From: Utricularia gibba
Lineage: Eukaryota > Plantae > Magnoliophyta
DNA: 64,000 nt
Reading direction: 5' to 3'
Assembly (NCBI GenBank): GCA_002189035.1
Contig: NEEC01000008.1
Location: 1,984,001-2,048,000 of the forward strand
Below the pieces are notes generated by a model. The model saw nothing but the letters and a program-made list of their open reading frames with translations, had not been told where the DNA came from and searched no databases. The translations under genes were made by a program, and so were the position numbers. This document shows, one piece after another, positions 49,979 through 61,545 of this stretch (position 1 is its first letter; each line of letters starts with the position of its first letter).

Positions 49979-51902
49979 TTAGAAAGTGTTCCTTCTCCGG
50001 TAGACGTAGGACCGGTTGAAGAAAAGGAAGGCGGCCAGACCGGCGGCGCTGATTCCGGCCAACAGCCAGTAAAAATAATCGATGTGCGCACGGTTCAGGT
50101 TGTCCGCGAACCATCCGTATTGCCCCTGTTTGCTGGTAACCTCTTGAATTGTAGACACGAGGAAGCTGCTGAGCAGACTCCCGATGCCGAGGATGCTCAG
50201 GTACAGGGAGAGGCCGATGCTCTTGAGGTCACTAGGGACTTGGTTGTAGAAGAATTCCTGGAGGCCAACCATTGCAAATATGTCGGCCAGGGCGGAGAGA
50301 ATGTACTGAGGTGCCAGCCACCACACACTCATCGGAATGTAGGCCGCCGGAGTATCGTCCAGGCCGTACGCGCGTGCGGTGGCGAGACGTTTTTGCTCTA
50401 CGAAGGCAGCGAAGATGATCGAGATCAAGGAAAGGAAGAGCCCGAATGAGATGCGCTGCAGCATGGTTATGCCTGAGGGGTTCTTGGTGATGGATCGGGC
50501 GATGGGGACGAAGACACGGTCGTATAACGGAAGGCCGATCATGATCACGGCGGTGATGAAGCATTGCTGAAGAGAAGCGGCCGGGATTTCGATCGAGGCG
50601 GTCAGGTGACGATCTAATGTGGCCGCTTGTTTGGTGAAGAGAGTTGAAGGCTGTGAGTAGACAATGGCGTAGCCTAGAGATGCAACCCAGATTGGGGCAA
50701 GGCGAAGAAGCCCTTAGCGTCTTCTACATCTGAAAGGCTGCAGATTTTCTCATCCAGGTACCCATCAGAGGCCAGCAGTGCCTTCTCCAGAAACCTGTTT
50801 GTCAGAGGGGAAAATACCAATGAATTCTGGTTCTACTGAAGCAAGCAATTGTTGCGGAAAAAGAACTTGTATGTCGACTTACTTGAATCCTGAAGCTTCA
50901 GGGGAGGAATCCTGGTGGCCTTGTTGTTCAAGTGAAGCAGCAGGATTAGGAGCACGCCAGTTTCTCAATGCCTTGACGAAGACACGGTTGATTCGCAGAA
51001 ACGGATTGGTCTGATCGGCGGTGACTCGAAACCTGTAGCTCGGAGTGCCGAGCAAGAAGATGGCCAAGGCGGCGCACATGACAACAGCAGGGATGCCGAA
51101 CCCAAGGAACCAGCTCACATTTTCCTGGACGTAGGTGATGCAAAGCAGAGGAGCGAGGATACCCCCGACGCTTAGACAATACCACCAGTTGAAGAAGGAG
51201 CTTTTGGCTTTAGATTCGCGTTCGACTTCGTCATCGAACTGATCAGCTCCAAAAGCTTGAATGCAAGGGGTGAGGCCTCCTTGAGCTATGGACACCAGGT
51301 ACATGGAGAAGAAGAAGAAGTATATCCGAAGAGTTTCGGAATTGAGTGAAGTAATGGTGGTTGAAAGAGCCAAGCAAGAGAGTCCCTGTAATCCGAGAAA
51401 CTGTGTCAGCAAAAACAGAGTACCCACGAAACCTCCATTTCAAGACTTTGGTAGTGAAAAAACTCACCGAAATGTAGAGGATGGAGGAAATAATGATCAT
51501 CCTGAATCGGCCGACAAACGAATCGGCCAGGAAAGCACCGAGGATCGGCAAAAGCGACGACGTTCCGAACCAGGCGTTGAGCATCGCTGCGGCGGATGCT
51601 GTCGGTTGCCCCAACTCAGTACTCAAATAGCTCACCAAGTTCAAACTTATCCCATAGTAAGCGAATCTCTCAGCTACTCCGGCGCCTGAAACAATCGAAC
51701 CTCTCACTTCAATCTCAGGAACAAGAAACATTAGAAGGCAAACAAAACAGGGTCCTCACTAACATGTAATGAAAGAAGCCGACTTCCAAATCCCGGTCTT
51801 GGATCGCGCCGCTGGACGCCCCTTGAAATCAACAGCTCCCAGAACGAAGTCATCGATGAGAGGAACCTCAGCCTCCGGCACAGTGGATACAATTAGCGTC
51901 AT
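49979..51902 (-). CDS. NPF5: NPF5.10-like transporter, tandem copy C, 4 exons; one 1-nt frameshift in the assembly
   Basis: [46 protein letters not shown]|[11 protein letters not shown] / [26 protein letters not shown] / [14 protein letters not shown] (break at 50711-50713) ...[14 protein letters not shown]...[19 protein letters not shown]...[13 protein letters not shown]. Confidence 0.9.
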
Positions 51903-52153
51903 TTGCGAAAGCGTTTCGGAATTTCAACTCTTTTTTCTGTCGTCCCTGATTCCTTGCCGTGAAGGATATGCACTCACCGTCGTGCACACACGTATATATA
52001 TATACCTTCTGTTGGGGGTATGTCATATGTGCGCTTTCAGCATCATCGCCGGCAATTGAAAGTCGTCCGTCAAAGAAGGAATCTTTTCTCTGTATTTTTC
52101 AGTTTCCATTAAACATTGGCGGGCTTGGTCTCCGAGATCTTATCCACAGGTGG

Positions 52154-52279
52154 GGCCCATACTGTTGGGAAGCAACGTGCGTAATTTCCCTCAGACACGA
52201 CTGTCCTGCCCGGACCAGAAGTTGTCCTCACATGGCGCGGCCCACAAGGTACTGCTATGCAACGTGCGCAATTTCCTCA
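52154..52279. promoter_or_regulatory. Duplicated cis-module (site II plus ACGTG core) about 250-380 bp upstream of NPF copy C
   Basis: GGCCCA...GCAACGTGCGTAATTTCCCTCA (52154-52193) and GGCCCA...GCAACGTGCGCAATTTCCTCA (52239-52279). Confidence 0.5.
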
Positions 52280-54283
52280 TCTCCGGGCGGTAATAGTCCA
52301 CAGGATCCGAATGCACCCTCAAAAGTCTCGGTGTTAAGTTAACTACACACAAAACCTGGGCCACGTACTCAACACTCAACCGGACCTTGAAGCATTTATT
52401 ATGCCTCCCGGTTACTGAAAATCTTAATTTATTATCATTAAAAATATATTATATTATTATCCTTCATAAAATCCTTTTCTTTGTTCGGTATTCGTATGAA
52501 AATTGGAATTAATGGTGTTTTCGGTAGTTATATACAAATTTAATTACAAAAGTTTATACTAAATCCACTACAATAATTTTTTCCAAAACAATCTTATCTA
52601 AATTTTATCAAGTCTTTAATTTACGTGTAATTAGTCTCACTACAATAAGGTTTTAATCACATGTAACTAACTAATTGAATGGTGCAATATGAGAAGGTGG
52701 TTGATTTGGGTAGGTTTTAAATAATTCATGATTCATGTGCATTTTAAAGACGACGAGAAGGTGACTATTCATGACAAGGGTGCTTGTGGTATTCCTTGAT
52801 TCCCTTCTCCCACAATCTTGAGAATTGTTGGAGCGATATTCCCTTCCCCTGTAATGTCTATGGTTTTGATCAATTTTTATTTAATCATAACCGTTTCGGA
52901 TTCTTATATTATAACTAAAACAATTTCACAAACGAGATTGTTTTTAATCTATGAATAATTTTGGTTAATTCGTGCTTGAAAATTATGCATATATTTTCTA
53001 ACAAATTATTTTCAAATACCTACAATAGAATTTATAGATGCTTAGAAGTTAAGTGCATATTTTTCAACAGATTATTTTCAAAAATACTCACAAAAAAAAA
53101 TCATTATGAAAAATACGCACATATTTTCTAATAAACTACTTCAAGACACCTACAATATAGATTTTGTTAGAATTATATGCATTTCCATTACATGTTGCAT
53201 TGGTGTTTATCATCTATTATCCGGTTGCAGTCCAAGCACATCACCTTATCCTAAAAGTGATCACAGTTATCCCCGAAATGTACATGCAGCACATTGGATC
53301 CAATTTTTTTTTATTATTAATTTAATTACTTGAATAATATAATTTAAATTTTTGATTGTATTATCTATGAAATAAAAATTAAATAAAATTAATCCGATAA
53401 ATGATGAAAATCGATCCAGGACTGAGAATAACAAGGGCACTTTGTCGTTTGTTATTCTTGTTTTTTACAGATAATTAAAACGTGGTCACTTTTAAATATA
53501 TGGAGCTCTATTATTTGGCATGGAGTGACACGTTAAAAATAAAAAGTTGCACGTGGGCGGCAGTGGCTCTACTTTGGCGGCTGACCGGGCCGGAGATGCG
53601 GGACTGGAGCACTCTGCTTGCTCGCCACGAGGTGCAGACCATAGACTAAATTAATACGCTAAAGTTATCTTATTAAATTTTTTTAAAAATAAAAGGCACA
53701 ATTCTCTCAGTGTCACATTATATCACACATTTAATCAAAAAATTTTAACTAAAAATAACTAATTTTATCATAAATTAAAAATAGAATGATCAGATTTTTA
53801 ATATATCCCCATGCGATGGTGATATATTTTTCTTGCATACAATTTCTCTATCGAGAAATTAATTTTTGAAAAACAAACTATGTTTTTTAGGTACTGCTTC
53901 TAATATTTAAAGATGAATTGTATAAGAAGCAAGTGTGAATAATTTATTTTGATATTGAATATTGTCTTATGAAAGATAATTATATCAAATTTTCTTTTTT
54001 TTGAATTTTTTTAAAGGTAAGTTTTTTTAAAAAAACTCTAATGTTAATAAAAGGATTTAAAATTTTTTTTAAAAAATAAATACATCTTGATTTATGTTGT
54101 TTTATAGAGTAGAAATAGTTTGTGCTAATAATGAAATTATTTGTGTAATATTTTTTATAAGAAGAATATATTCTACTGATATAGAATCAAAATCGCTCAT
54201 TTTTTTGTAATTAAATTGCTTCCATCCTCGATTGAAGAAAACAATAAAAATAATTTAATTTATTTTTTACAAAATAATGGATT

Positions 54284-54346
54284 TGGGCTATCCCAAGATG
54301 GGCTTTTTTATATGGAGAGTTTACGGCCCAAAAAGATGAATGGGCC
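54284..54346. promoter_or_regulatory. Site II cluster upstream of RanBPM
   Basis: TGGGCT at 54284 and 54299, GGCCCA at 54325, TGGGCC at 54341. Confidence 0.6.
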
Positions 54347-54489
54347 TGTGTAGCAACTGTACCATGTATAGTAGAGTTGTTCTCTGAAACAAATAATTGC
54401 AGGCATTGGGAATGGGATGGGAGGCTTGTAGAGTAAAAGAAGCGGTTTCAAGAATTTGATCCAGATCATCAAAATCTCTGCTGGAAAGG

Positions 54490-57320
54490 ATGTCGGAGGC
54501 AACATCGCAGGCTCAGAAGCCGCCGGAAGATGTTATTGGTACCTATTTTCTTGATATTTGGCGCCACTTGTCTAAAGTTGCTGCCCTAACTCCCGATGGA
54601 GCTCCGGATTCCGCGTTCGACGTGGATGTAGATAGCGAAGAAGTTCCTACGGAACTTGATACGGTCAACAGCTCTGGCGGGTTTTCGGTTATTAGACCGG
54701 ACAAACTGTCTCTTCTATACCCTAACGTCAATTTGCACGGCCACGATGTTGGAGTGGTGCAGGCCAATCACCCGGCGCCTTCCAAGCGTCTGCTTTATTA
54801 TTTTGAGATGTACGTTAAGAATGCGGGTGCCAAGGGTCAGATAGCTATCGGATTTACTACTTCTGCTTTCAAACTTCGGCGCCAGCCTGGGTTAGTTTCT
54901 TGATTTTCATTGATCGCCTTCGATTTTTCTTTAATGTACGTTTACTTTATTTTGGGGCGTGTATGTTACAGTTGGGAAGCTAACAGTTATGGATATCATG
55001 GGGACGATGGCCTACTGTATCGTGGGCATGGGAAGGGGGAAGCCTTTGGACCCACCTACACAACGGGTGACACAGTTGGGGGCGGCATCAACTATTTAGC
55101 ACAAGAGTTCTTTTTTACGTATGAATATCAATCGCCTTGAGTTCTGATTGCATGTTTTTGCGGTTAAACTTGTGATTTGAATAGGGTTTATTTGGATTGT
55201 CTTCTGCTTCAGCCATGATTGTTTTCGCCTTCATATTCTGTTCTGCTATAAATCTTTCATTTTAATGCTGTCAGGAAGAATGGTGCAATAGTGGGTACTG
55301 TGTTTAAGGAAGTCAAGGGTCCATTGTTTCCCACTGTTGCTGTTCATAGCCAAAATGAAGAGTACGTATTTTATTCACACATTGCCTGGGCACAGTTTTC
55401 ATTCCTCATTCTCTGCCTGTGCTCTACAAATTTATTTTTCTGAGAAAGTATTAAAGGCCGTTCATCTACGTTGTGGCTAAAATTAGAGTTTTGTCAGGGT
55501 CACTGTGAACTTTGGGAAGGAGCCATTTGCTTTTGATATAAAAGTAAGCCCAACCATTTGTTTTAGTTCTCATCTTGTTCTGAATTTAAGACCCTCTGAT
55601 GTACCGGTGGCTCTTCAATTTTGAATTTCTGATTATATCAATTGCTGCACCACAGTTGTTTGTTTGAAATATACATCCTCAATTCTGATGCATTTTCATG
55701 AGTTGTATTTTTATAAGGCTTACGAAGAAGAGCAAAGAGCCAAGGATCAGAGTAAAGTTGAGAATATCTCCGTACAACAAGACGCCAGTTTTAGGTGAAG
55801 TTGCAACTTATGTGGCAGATATTTCTGATTTTATCTTTTGTGTAGTGATGCTCTTTTAGATCCGCATTCATTGTATGGTAATTTAGTTTTTTTGGAATTT
55901 CGAAAGAAATTAGATTTAACAGTTGAAGATGCTGTGAAAGCCTGTATACTTCCTTCCTCATCAAAAGATAAATATCGCTTTCTCTTTAATGCAGATTTTT
56001 TTTTTTTTTTTTTGCGTAAGAGCTTTGCGTAACTTGACTGATATTTTGTCTCCAGAATAGTTCGATGCTATCTTCAACATTACGGATATGAAGAGACTCT
56101 TAAGTTGTTCGATGTTGCTGCAAGGACTAATTTGTCTCCAGTTTCCTTAGTTTCCGACGAGAGTTTGAATGATCAGTACAGCTCATATGCATTGAATGAA
56201 AGGCGAAATCTTCGTCAGGTAATGTTTGATGCATATTAGGTGCTCCAAATATTGCGTAAAACCACTGAGATTTTATATGTGGTATATTTTTTCCCCCTGT
56301 TCTATTGGTCAAACTGGTTCTTTCCTGACAGTTCTTCTTTTTCTGTCTATGGAAAATGCAGCTAATTAGATCTGGAAAGATAGACGACTCATTTTCTACT
56401 CTTGGCCAGTTTTATCCTCATGTTGTCCAGGTGGGTAAATTCAGAATGTTTTGGTATTCTTTTTTTTGGCAGCATTGTATTCTAGTTTCAATATTTTGAT
56501 AAGCTACTTCATACCCCAATTTTTTTTCCCTTTTTCTGCAGGATGGCAAATCTGCGATATGTTTTTTGCTGCATTGTCAGAAATTTATTGAGCTTGTTCG
56601 GGTAACGACATTTAACTATTCTTTGCTACTGTTTTTATACATAAAAAGATGGCGTGTGAGAAGTATTTCGGACCTGTAGATGGACTTGATTGTGTGTTGG
56701 TTAGATTTTGCCGACAGGGAATTTCATGAATCAACCGTGTAAGAAAGGAAATGGTCATAATAATCGCCAAACTGCTAACTTCTTCGGCCTATGGTTGTTG
56801 TGTCTAGTTTTGTATTGTTGTTAAGCTGAGGCAAGAAGAAGAGTTCATTCTAAGGTCTCGTATTTCATATTCAGGAAGAAAAGCTAGAAGAAGCCATACT
56901 CTATGGCAGAACTGAATTCCAAAAGTTCAAGAACCTGTCTGGCATTGACGATTTAGTCAAGGTACACTTAAAAATGCTTGTTGAAACCTTGTCCTCTGAC
57001 TGAAAAACTATGCTACTGAATTCTTGGCTCTTGCATTTGAATAGGATTGTGCTGCTTTACTTGCATACGAGGAACCGAGCAAGTCATCTGTTGGATATCT
57101 TCTTCTGGATTCTCAAAGGGAGCTGGTGGCTGACGCCGTGAATGCTGCGATTCTACATTCAAACCCGACCATGAAGGATTCTAGGCTGTGCATTCACTCA
57201 TCTCTAGAGAAACTAATACGGCAGGTGTCTGCATGCTATCTCGAGAAACGGTTCTTGGAATGGGATCAAGGTGAAGCTTTTCAGTTGAGGAGGATGCTGG
57301 AGAGCGGTAAGAAAGGGTAA
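54490..57320 (+). CDS. RanBPM: Ran-binding protein M homolog (SPRY-LisH-CTLH-CRA; CTLH/GID E3 complex subunit), about 10 exons
   Basis: PTELDTVNSSGGF...HGHDVGVVQANHPAP...YYFEMYVKNAGAKGQIAIGF...QPG|WEANSYGYHGDDGLLYRG...FGPTYTTGDTVGGGINY / LFPTVAVHSQNEE|VTVNFG / LLHCQKFIELVR / LLAYEEP...QRELVADAVNAAIL. Confidence 0.94.
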
Positions 57321-57580
57321 ACATTTGCAAGTGCCAATTCCAAATCCTTTATGTACAGTTTCAAGTACTCTAGCTACAGAGATTAAAAATTGTACATTTG
57401 AATCAATTCTTCAATTGCTTATTCAGTAGAATACTTTCTTTCAACTTGAGACGGTTTGCTTCCCAGTGTGTTATGATACTGTTCGCAAGTAAAATCTTTG
57501 CCATTCACTGTTAGAAAGAAATTAATGAATGAATCACCTTGTGACATGTAAGTTGTGTTTTCCATCCCCAGGGCAACAGA

Positions 57581-60244
57581 TCACAAAGGTAGGCATCGCT
57601 TGCTCATGATGGTTTTCCAACTTCTTTTTCTTCGCCTCCATTTCACTAGAGCCATTTTCTCATTTCTCCATCTTCTGTACCTTCCACGGTTCTTCAACCA
57701 AGCAGAGTAATCTTTGCCTTGTTTGCATTCGATAAAATCGATTATGTCATCTAAATTTGAGTCATTTTTTCTCTTCTTTACAATGCATTTGAAGAACATC
57801 TCCCCATTAGATGTCTCTGTTTCTTCTTCCAGGCCCTCAGGGTCATCCCCGATTTCCCTGAGCAATGAACAGTTTCAACAGTGAGCTTTTTGTGTGCATC
57901 AGTAAAAGAGCAGGTTCAATGCTAACATTACCTGGAACAAAGAGACCTTGTCTTTTGAAATTTCATTGCAACTGCAAGGCTGGAATTTCTGCCAAATGAT
58001 GTCTGTATTGCACAAAAAAGATGGTTCAACGCTTACCAAGATGATCAAAAAGGGGAAAAAAAAGGCATCGAGCAAATGCTCTACCCCATTGACTCTTATC
58101 GCTGATAGGTGAGAGGGCAAAGACTGTTTGAGTGAAATCAACATTGATTTTAATGCATCTCCACCACCATCTTCGAAGACAAAGAAATTCAAGAGAGCCA
58201 GAAGGGTCATCAAACAGCCTTTAGCTAAGCAATCAAGCCCACTGGCAAAGCTCAGCGACAACAATCCTGAGAAATGCAGGAACATCATTTTTGAATCCAT
58301 GTGCCTTGAGGGATGAGATGCCATCAAGCGGGATGCGGCTTGTTGCAGAGGCAAACTAGTGTCCAAATCTCTGAAACACTCTATAGTACTCAACATGAAG
58401 TTATATTCTTTGCATGAAGTGATAACTTTGGGGCGATGAAAGCCATCACTGTCTCTGATAGATCGGACAGCTTGTAGCATGGAGATACTCATCAACTTCA
58501 AAAGGGAAACAACAAGAGATATGTGCTGAAGAGTTTCCCCATCTAATGGCTGTACTGATTTACAATCACAATTTTCAGAAGCTTTCAGGACTAAGCATGT
58601 TAAGATGGCAAAAACTTCATCCTGAGATTGCATGGCATAGAGATTCTGGGATTCTTTCACAAATCTCATGCAAGAACTCACCATGTTGGAGTTCATCATG
58701 AAGAAACCATCGCCTGTGCTCAGATCTGGAGAGCTGTCTAACTCTTCAATGACTGTATTAATCCATCTTCTTGTCTCAGGCGATATGTATGATTCAAACT
58801 GCAGCTGAGAAGTATCGTTAGGTGAAATATGTTTGAAGCCACCTAAAAATGCAGTGTAGCCATCATTTTGCCAACTATACATGTGTGTCATGTACAAGCT
58901 GACTGACTTCTCAAAGGTTGATAAGAAGCTGCTGATCAGTTTTTTATCTGATTTCATGACTCTGATATCAATAACTTCTGAAACTAGAGAAATCACATGA
59001 ACTTGCAAATATTTTGGAGCCGAAACCATGATCGGACTGAGAAGCAACGATATCGCTCCATCAATACTCAAAGCAGGAGCTCCAAAAGGATATTTTGATT
59101 CCTTGGCATGAAAACAGAATAGGAAACTTAGAAATTCTCGCAGACCTTGCTTGCCAGAAAATGACATAATAAAATGAAAGGATATAGCTTCACATAGAAC
59201 CCCCGTATCACTAGGACAATGCTGTGGATTGAAAAGAATGCCATTGACTGAAGCAAGGGAATTAATCAACTTGAAGTAACTCCTTAAACGCCCGTGAGCC
59301 AAAAGCTCGTCTATAAAGACCTGCCAAAAGGCATTTAACGAAGCCTGTGAGCCTATGGAAAAGCATATGTAATTGCACAAGCATAGGTCAGCGGACACAT
59401 ACCTCCAAAATGCTACACCTGAGACAAAGGAAGGGACTGCGAGGCTCCAGGATTTGCAAGGAAGCAGAGAATTCATTGAGAGAACTTTCACAAAGAACTG
59501 ACTTCTCAAAAACAAAAGCCGTTTTCCTTGTGTTTATTGGTGAATTTGAAAAGCTCAACCTTTTCATTATCTTGAGAAGAATCAACCCCTTTTCCAAGAT
59601 ACGATTTTGCTGGCCTGCAAGCAAGATCAAGAGTAACATGCAACATCTAAAGAGCAGTGTAAGCACTTCCACTTTATCCAAGATGCCGATATCTTTTGTG
59701 GCATCACCATTGCAGAAACTCGACAATAAAGTCTCAAACTTTTCTTGTATCTCCTTGAAGAGTATCCCAGAGAGATCCCAAGCATCTCGAAAGCCCAATG
59801 TCGTCCCGTTATGACAAACAAGAATGTTAAATTCATGTGGAGGTGAAACAACCTCAGCATTGCATTGTTCCGTTGAAGACAAACTGACTAAACGATTATA
59901 CAAATTCTCCAGGAAGGGTCGGCTTATGCCCTGAAACATTAATTCAGGCGTCACTAACAAAACTGTTTAAGGTAATCTGCAAAGGTAACTGCACATCTGA
60001 ATGCAAAGAAGTTTTGGCGCTAAAAATCACAAGATGAGCACATCTTCTCGTCTTCTAACAATGTTAATTCAAAGCATTCATAGCAGACAAACAAACAGAT
60101 GCAAAGAATGGAATTCGAATTTCGAACCTCGGAGGATTTGATGAAATGGAGAAGGGCTTCGCCATTGTAGAATTTGTCTAAAGAATCACCCTTGGAGGGT
60201 TTAGTCGAAGCCGTTTTCTTTTTTCTGCGGTTCCGTCGTCCCAT
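57581..60244 (-). CDS. Uncharacterised conserved plant protein (recalled as At4g27510/DUF7812-like), 5 exons, basic NLS-like ends
   Basis: Exons join in phase: MGRRNRRKKK...KSSE|GISRPFLENLY...PFLCLRCSILE|VFIDELLAHGRL...|TSFGRNSSLAVAMKFQK|REIGDDPEGLEEETETSNGEMFFKC...DDIIDFIECKQGKDYSAWLKNRGRYRRWRNEKMALVKWRRRKRSW. Confidence 0.75.
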
Positions 60245-61080
60245 CGTACTCTTCGCTTGTTGCAGCCACAAAGTTGGGAGCTTGGGGCTTTGGCGCGCAA
60301 AATGCTGTTGACTGCAACTTTATTTTTACACAGACCGGACCGTGTTGCTGATATAGCATCAGATCAGCGCCGCCGCTACGGTAGAGAAAATTGGTAATTT
60401 AACGATGCTGTTTACTAATTTGAAGCCAGGGTTTCAAGAATGTCTTGGTTGGAAGATGGGGGAAAATGAAAGATGATAAATCCCTAGGACCCCCAGCTCG
60501 ATAACATCAGCCCCATTCGCCATTACTCCAGTTTCCACAAAATCAGGAATCCCGGCGGCTGTTTCCACCCCTGATTTCCTTCAATGGATTCTAGCAAGGG
60601 CGACGCCGCGGCAGTTAGACTGAACGGCAAACTGGGAGGACAGTTTTCAGGCGGGAAACAGGGCAATTCTCAAAGAAGATAAAGAAGCAGTTTTTAAAAG
60701 CTTCTCCACTGCAAATGAAATGCTTGCACAAGTCACACACCAGAAAGACACTGCTCTCAAAGATTTGGACAACGATGTAAGAAGGCAAAAGCTTGAAAAC
60801 GAAATCAAGCACTTCCACATTCAGTTTCTTATATAGGGAAAGCAATCCTCGACAAAGTTGAGGCACAAGATGCTGCTACTTTGAACTCAGATAATGAGAG
60901 ACTTGTGTTATGAAGTTGAAAACGCAGAAATGGAGAAAAAAAAGTACAACTAGGAAAACGAGATTCTACTCAAAGTTAATTGCTTGTGATTGGATTAGAT
61001 ACAATATGGAAGATCCATTCGAGGCAGAGGATCTTCATCAAAAAAGATGTTGAGATCTCACTGAGTACAGAAAGGATCCT

Positions 61081-61545
61081 CTACTTAAAGTTAATTGCTT
61101 GTGATTTGGGCAGAGGGATATGCGAGAACTTGACCATCCTTCGCTCGGAGCTGGAACAAGACAGATGCTTGAGTGGATGAATAGATAGATTCTTCATCAA
61201 CCAAATTGCTCTGTGAGCTCTTTTGCTTGCATTAGTGGAATCATCCTTCACAGGGGTCTTAGTCACCAGTTTGTAGGCAATAAAGAAAGGGTCCTCGTTC
61301 ATCTTCATGGCCCTCCTCATTGAGCTTGACCTCCATGACTCTGGCTCAAATGGACACGGCGGGAGTGGGATTTCCAGGCTTCTAAACGAATCGGTTCTCC
61401 GAAACGACGACCCCGGTGGAGGAGGAAGCTGCCGCTGGCAGTGATCCTCTAGCAAGACAACCGGTTCCTCCAACTCCAGATAGCTCCCCAGAGACCTGTT
61501 TGTCCTGTAGGATCGGACATTGCTTCTGCTCGACATAGACAACAT
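61081..61545 (-). CDS. Small intronless uncharacterised plant protein with PLPPCPF...EDPFFIAYK motif
   Basis: Open frame of about 154 aa containing IPLPPCPFEPESWRSSSMRRAMKMNEDPFFIAYKLVTK and SCSSSERRMVKFSHIP, which resemble a recalled family of small plant DUF proteins. Start codon uncertain. Confidence 0.6.
   Translation of the reverse strand: MLSMSSRSNVRSYRTNRSLGSYLELEEPVVLLEDHCQRQLPPPPGSSFRRTDSFRSLEIPLPPCPFEPESWRSSSMRRAMKMNEDPFFIAYKLVTKTPVKDDSTNASKRAHRAIWLMKNLSIHPLKHLSCSSSERRMVKFSHIPLPKSQAINFK

Noticed and set aside
17401-50713. Programmed ribosomal frameshifting or G-insertion RNA editing as the cause of the repeated -1 breaks
   Set aside because: The genes are unrelated conserved housekeeping loci, no shared slippery or structural context is visible, and paralogous NPF sites are intact in one copy and broken in another. 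Homopolymer sequencing error is far more parsimonious.
45458-52059. Many 60-150 aa antisense or alternative-frame ORFs over the NPF genes (and likewise over GALS, patellin and FPF1)
   Set aside because: Expected shadows of GC-rich coding sequence; no recognisable motifs.
57899-59515. The 538-aa ORF as a stand-alone gene
   Set aside because: Its ends run into introns; it is the large third exon of the five-exon gene at 57581-60244.
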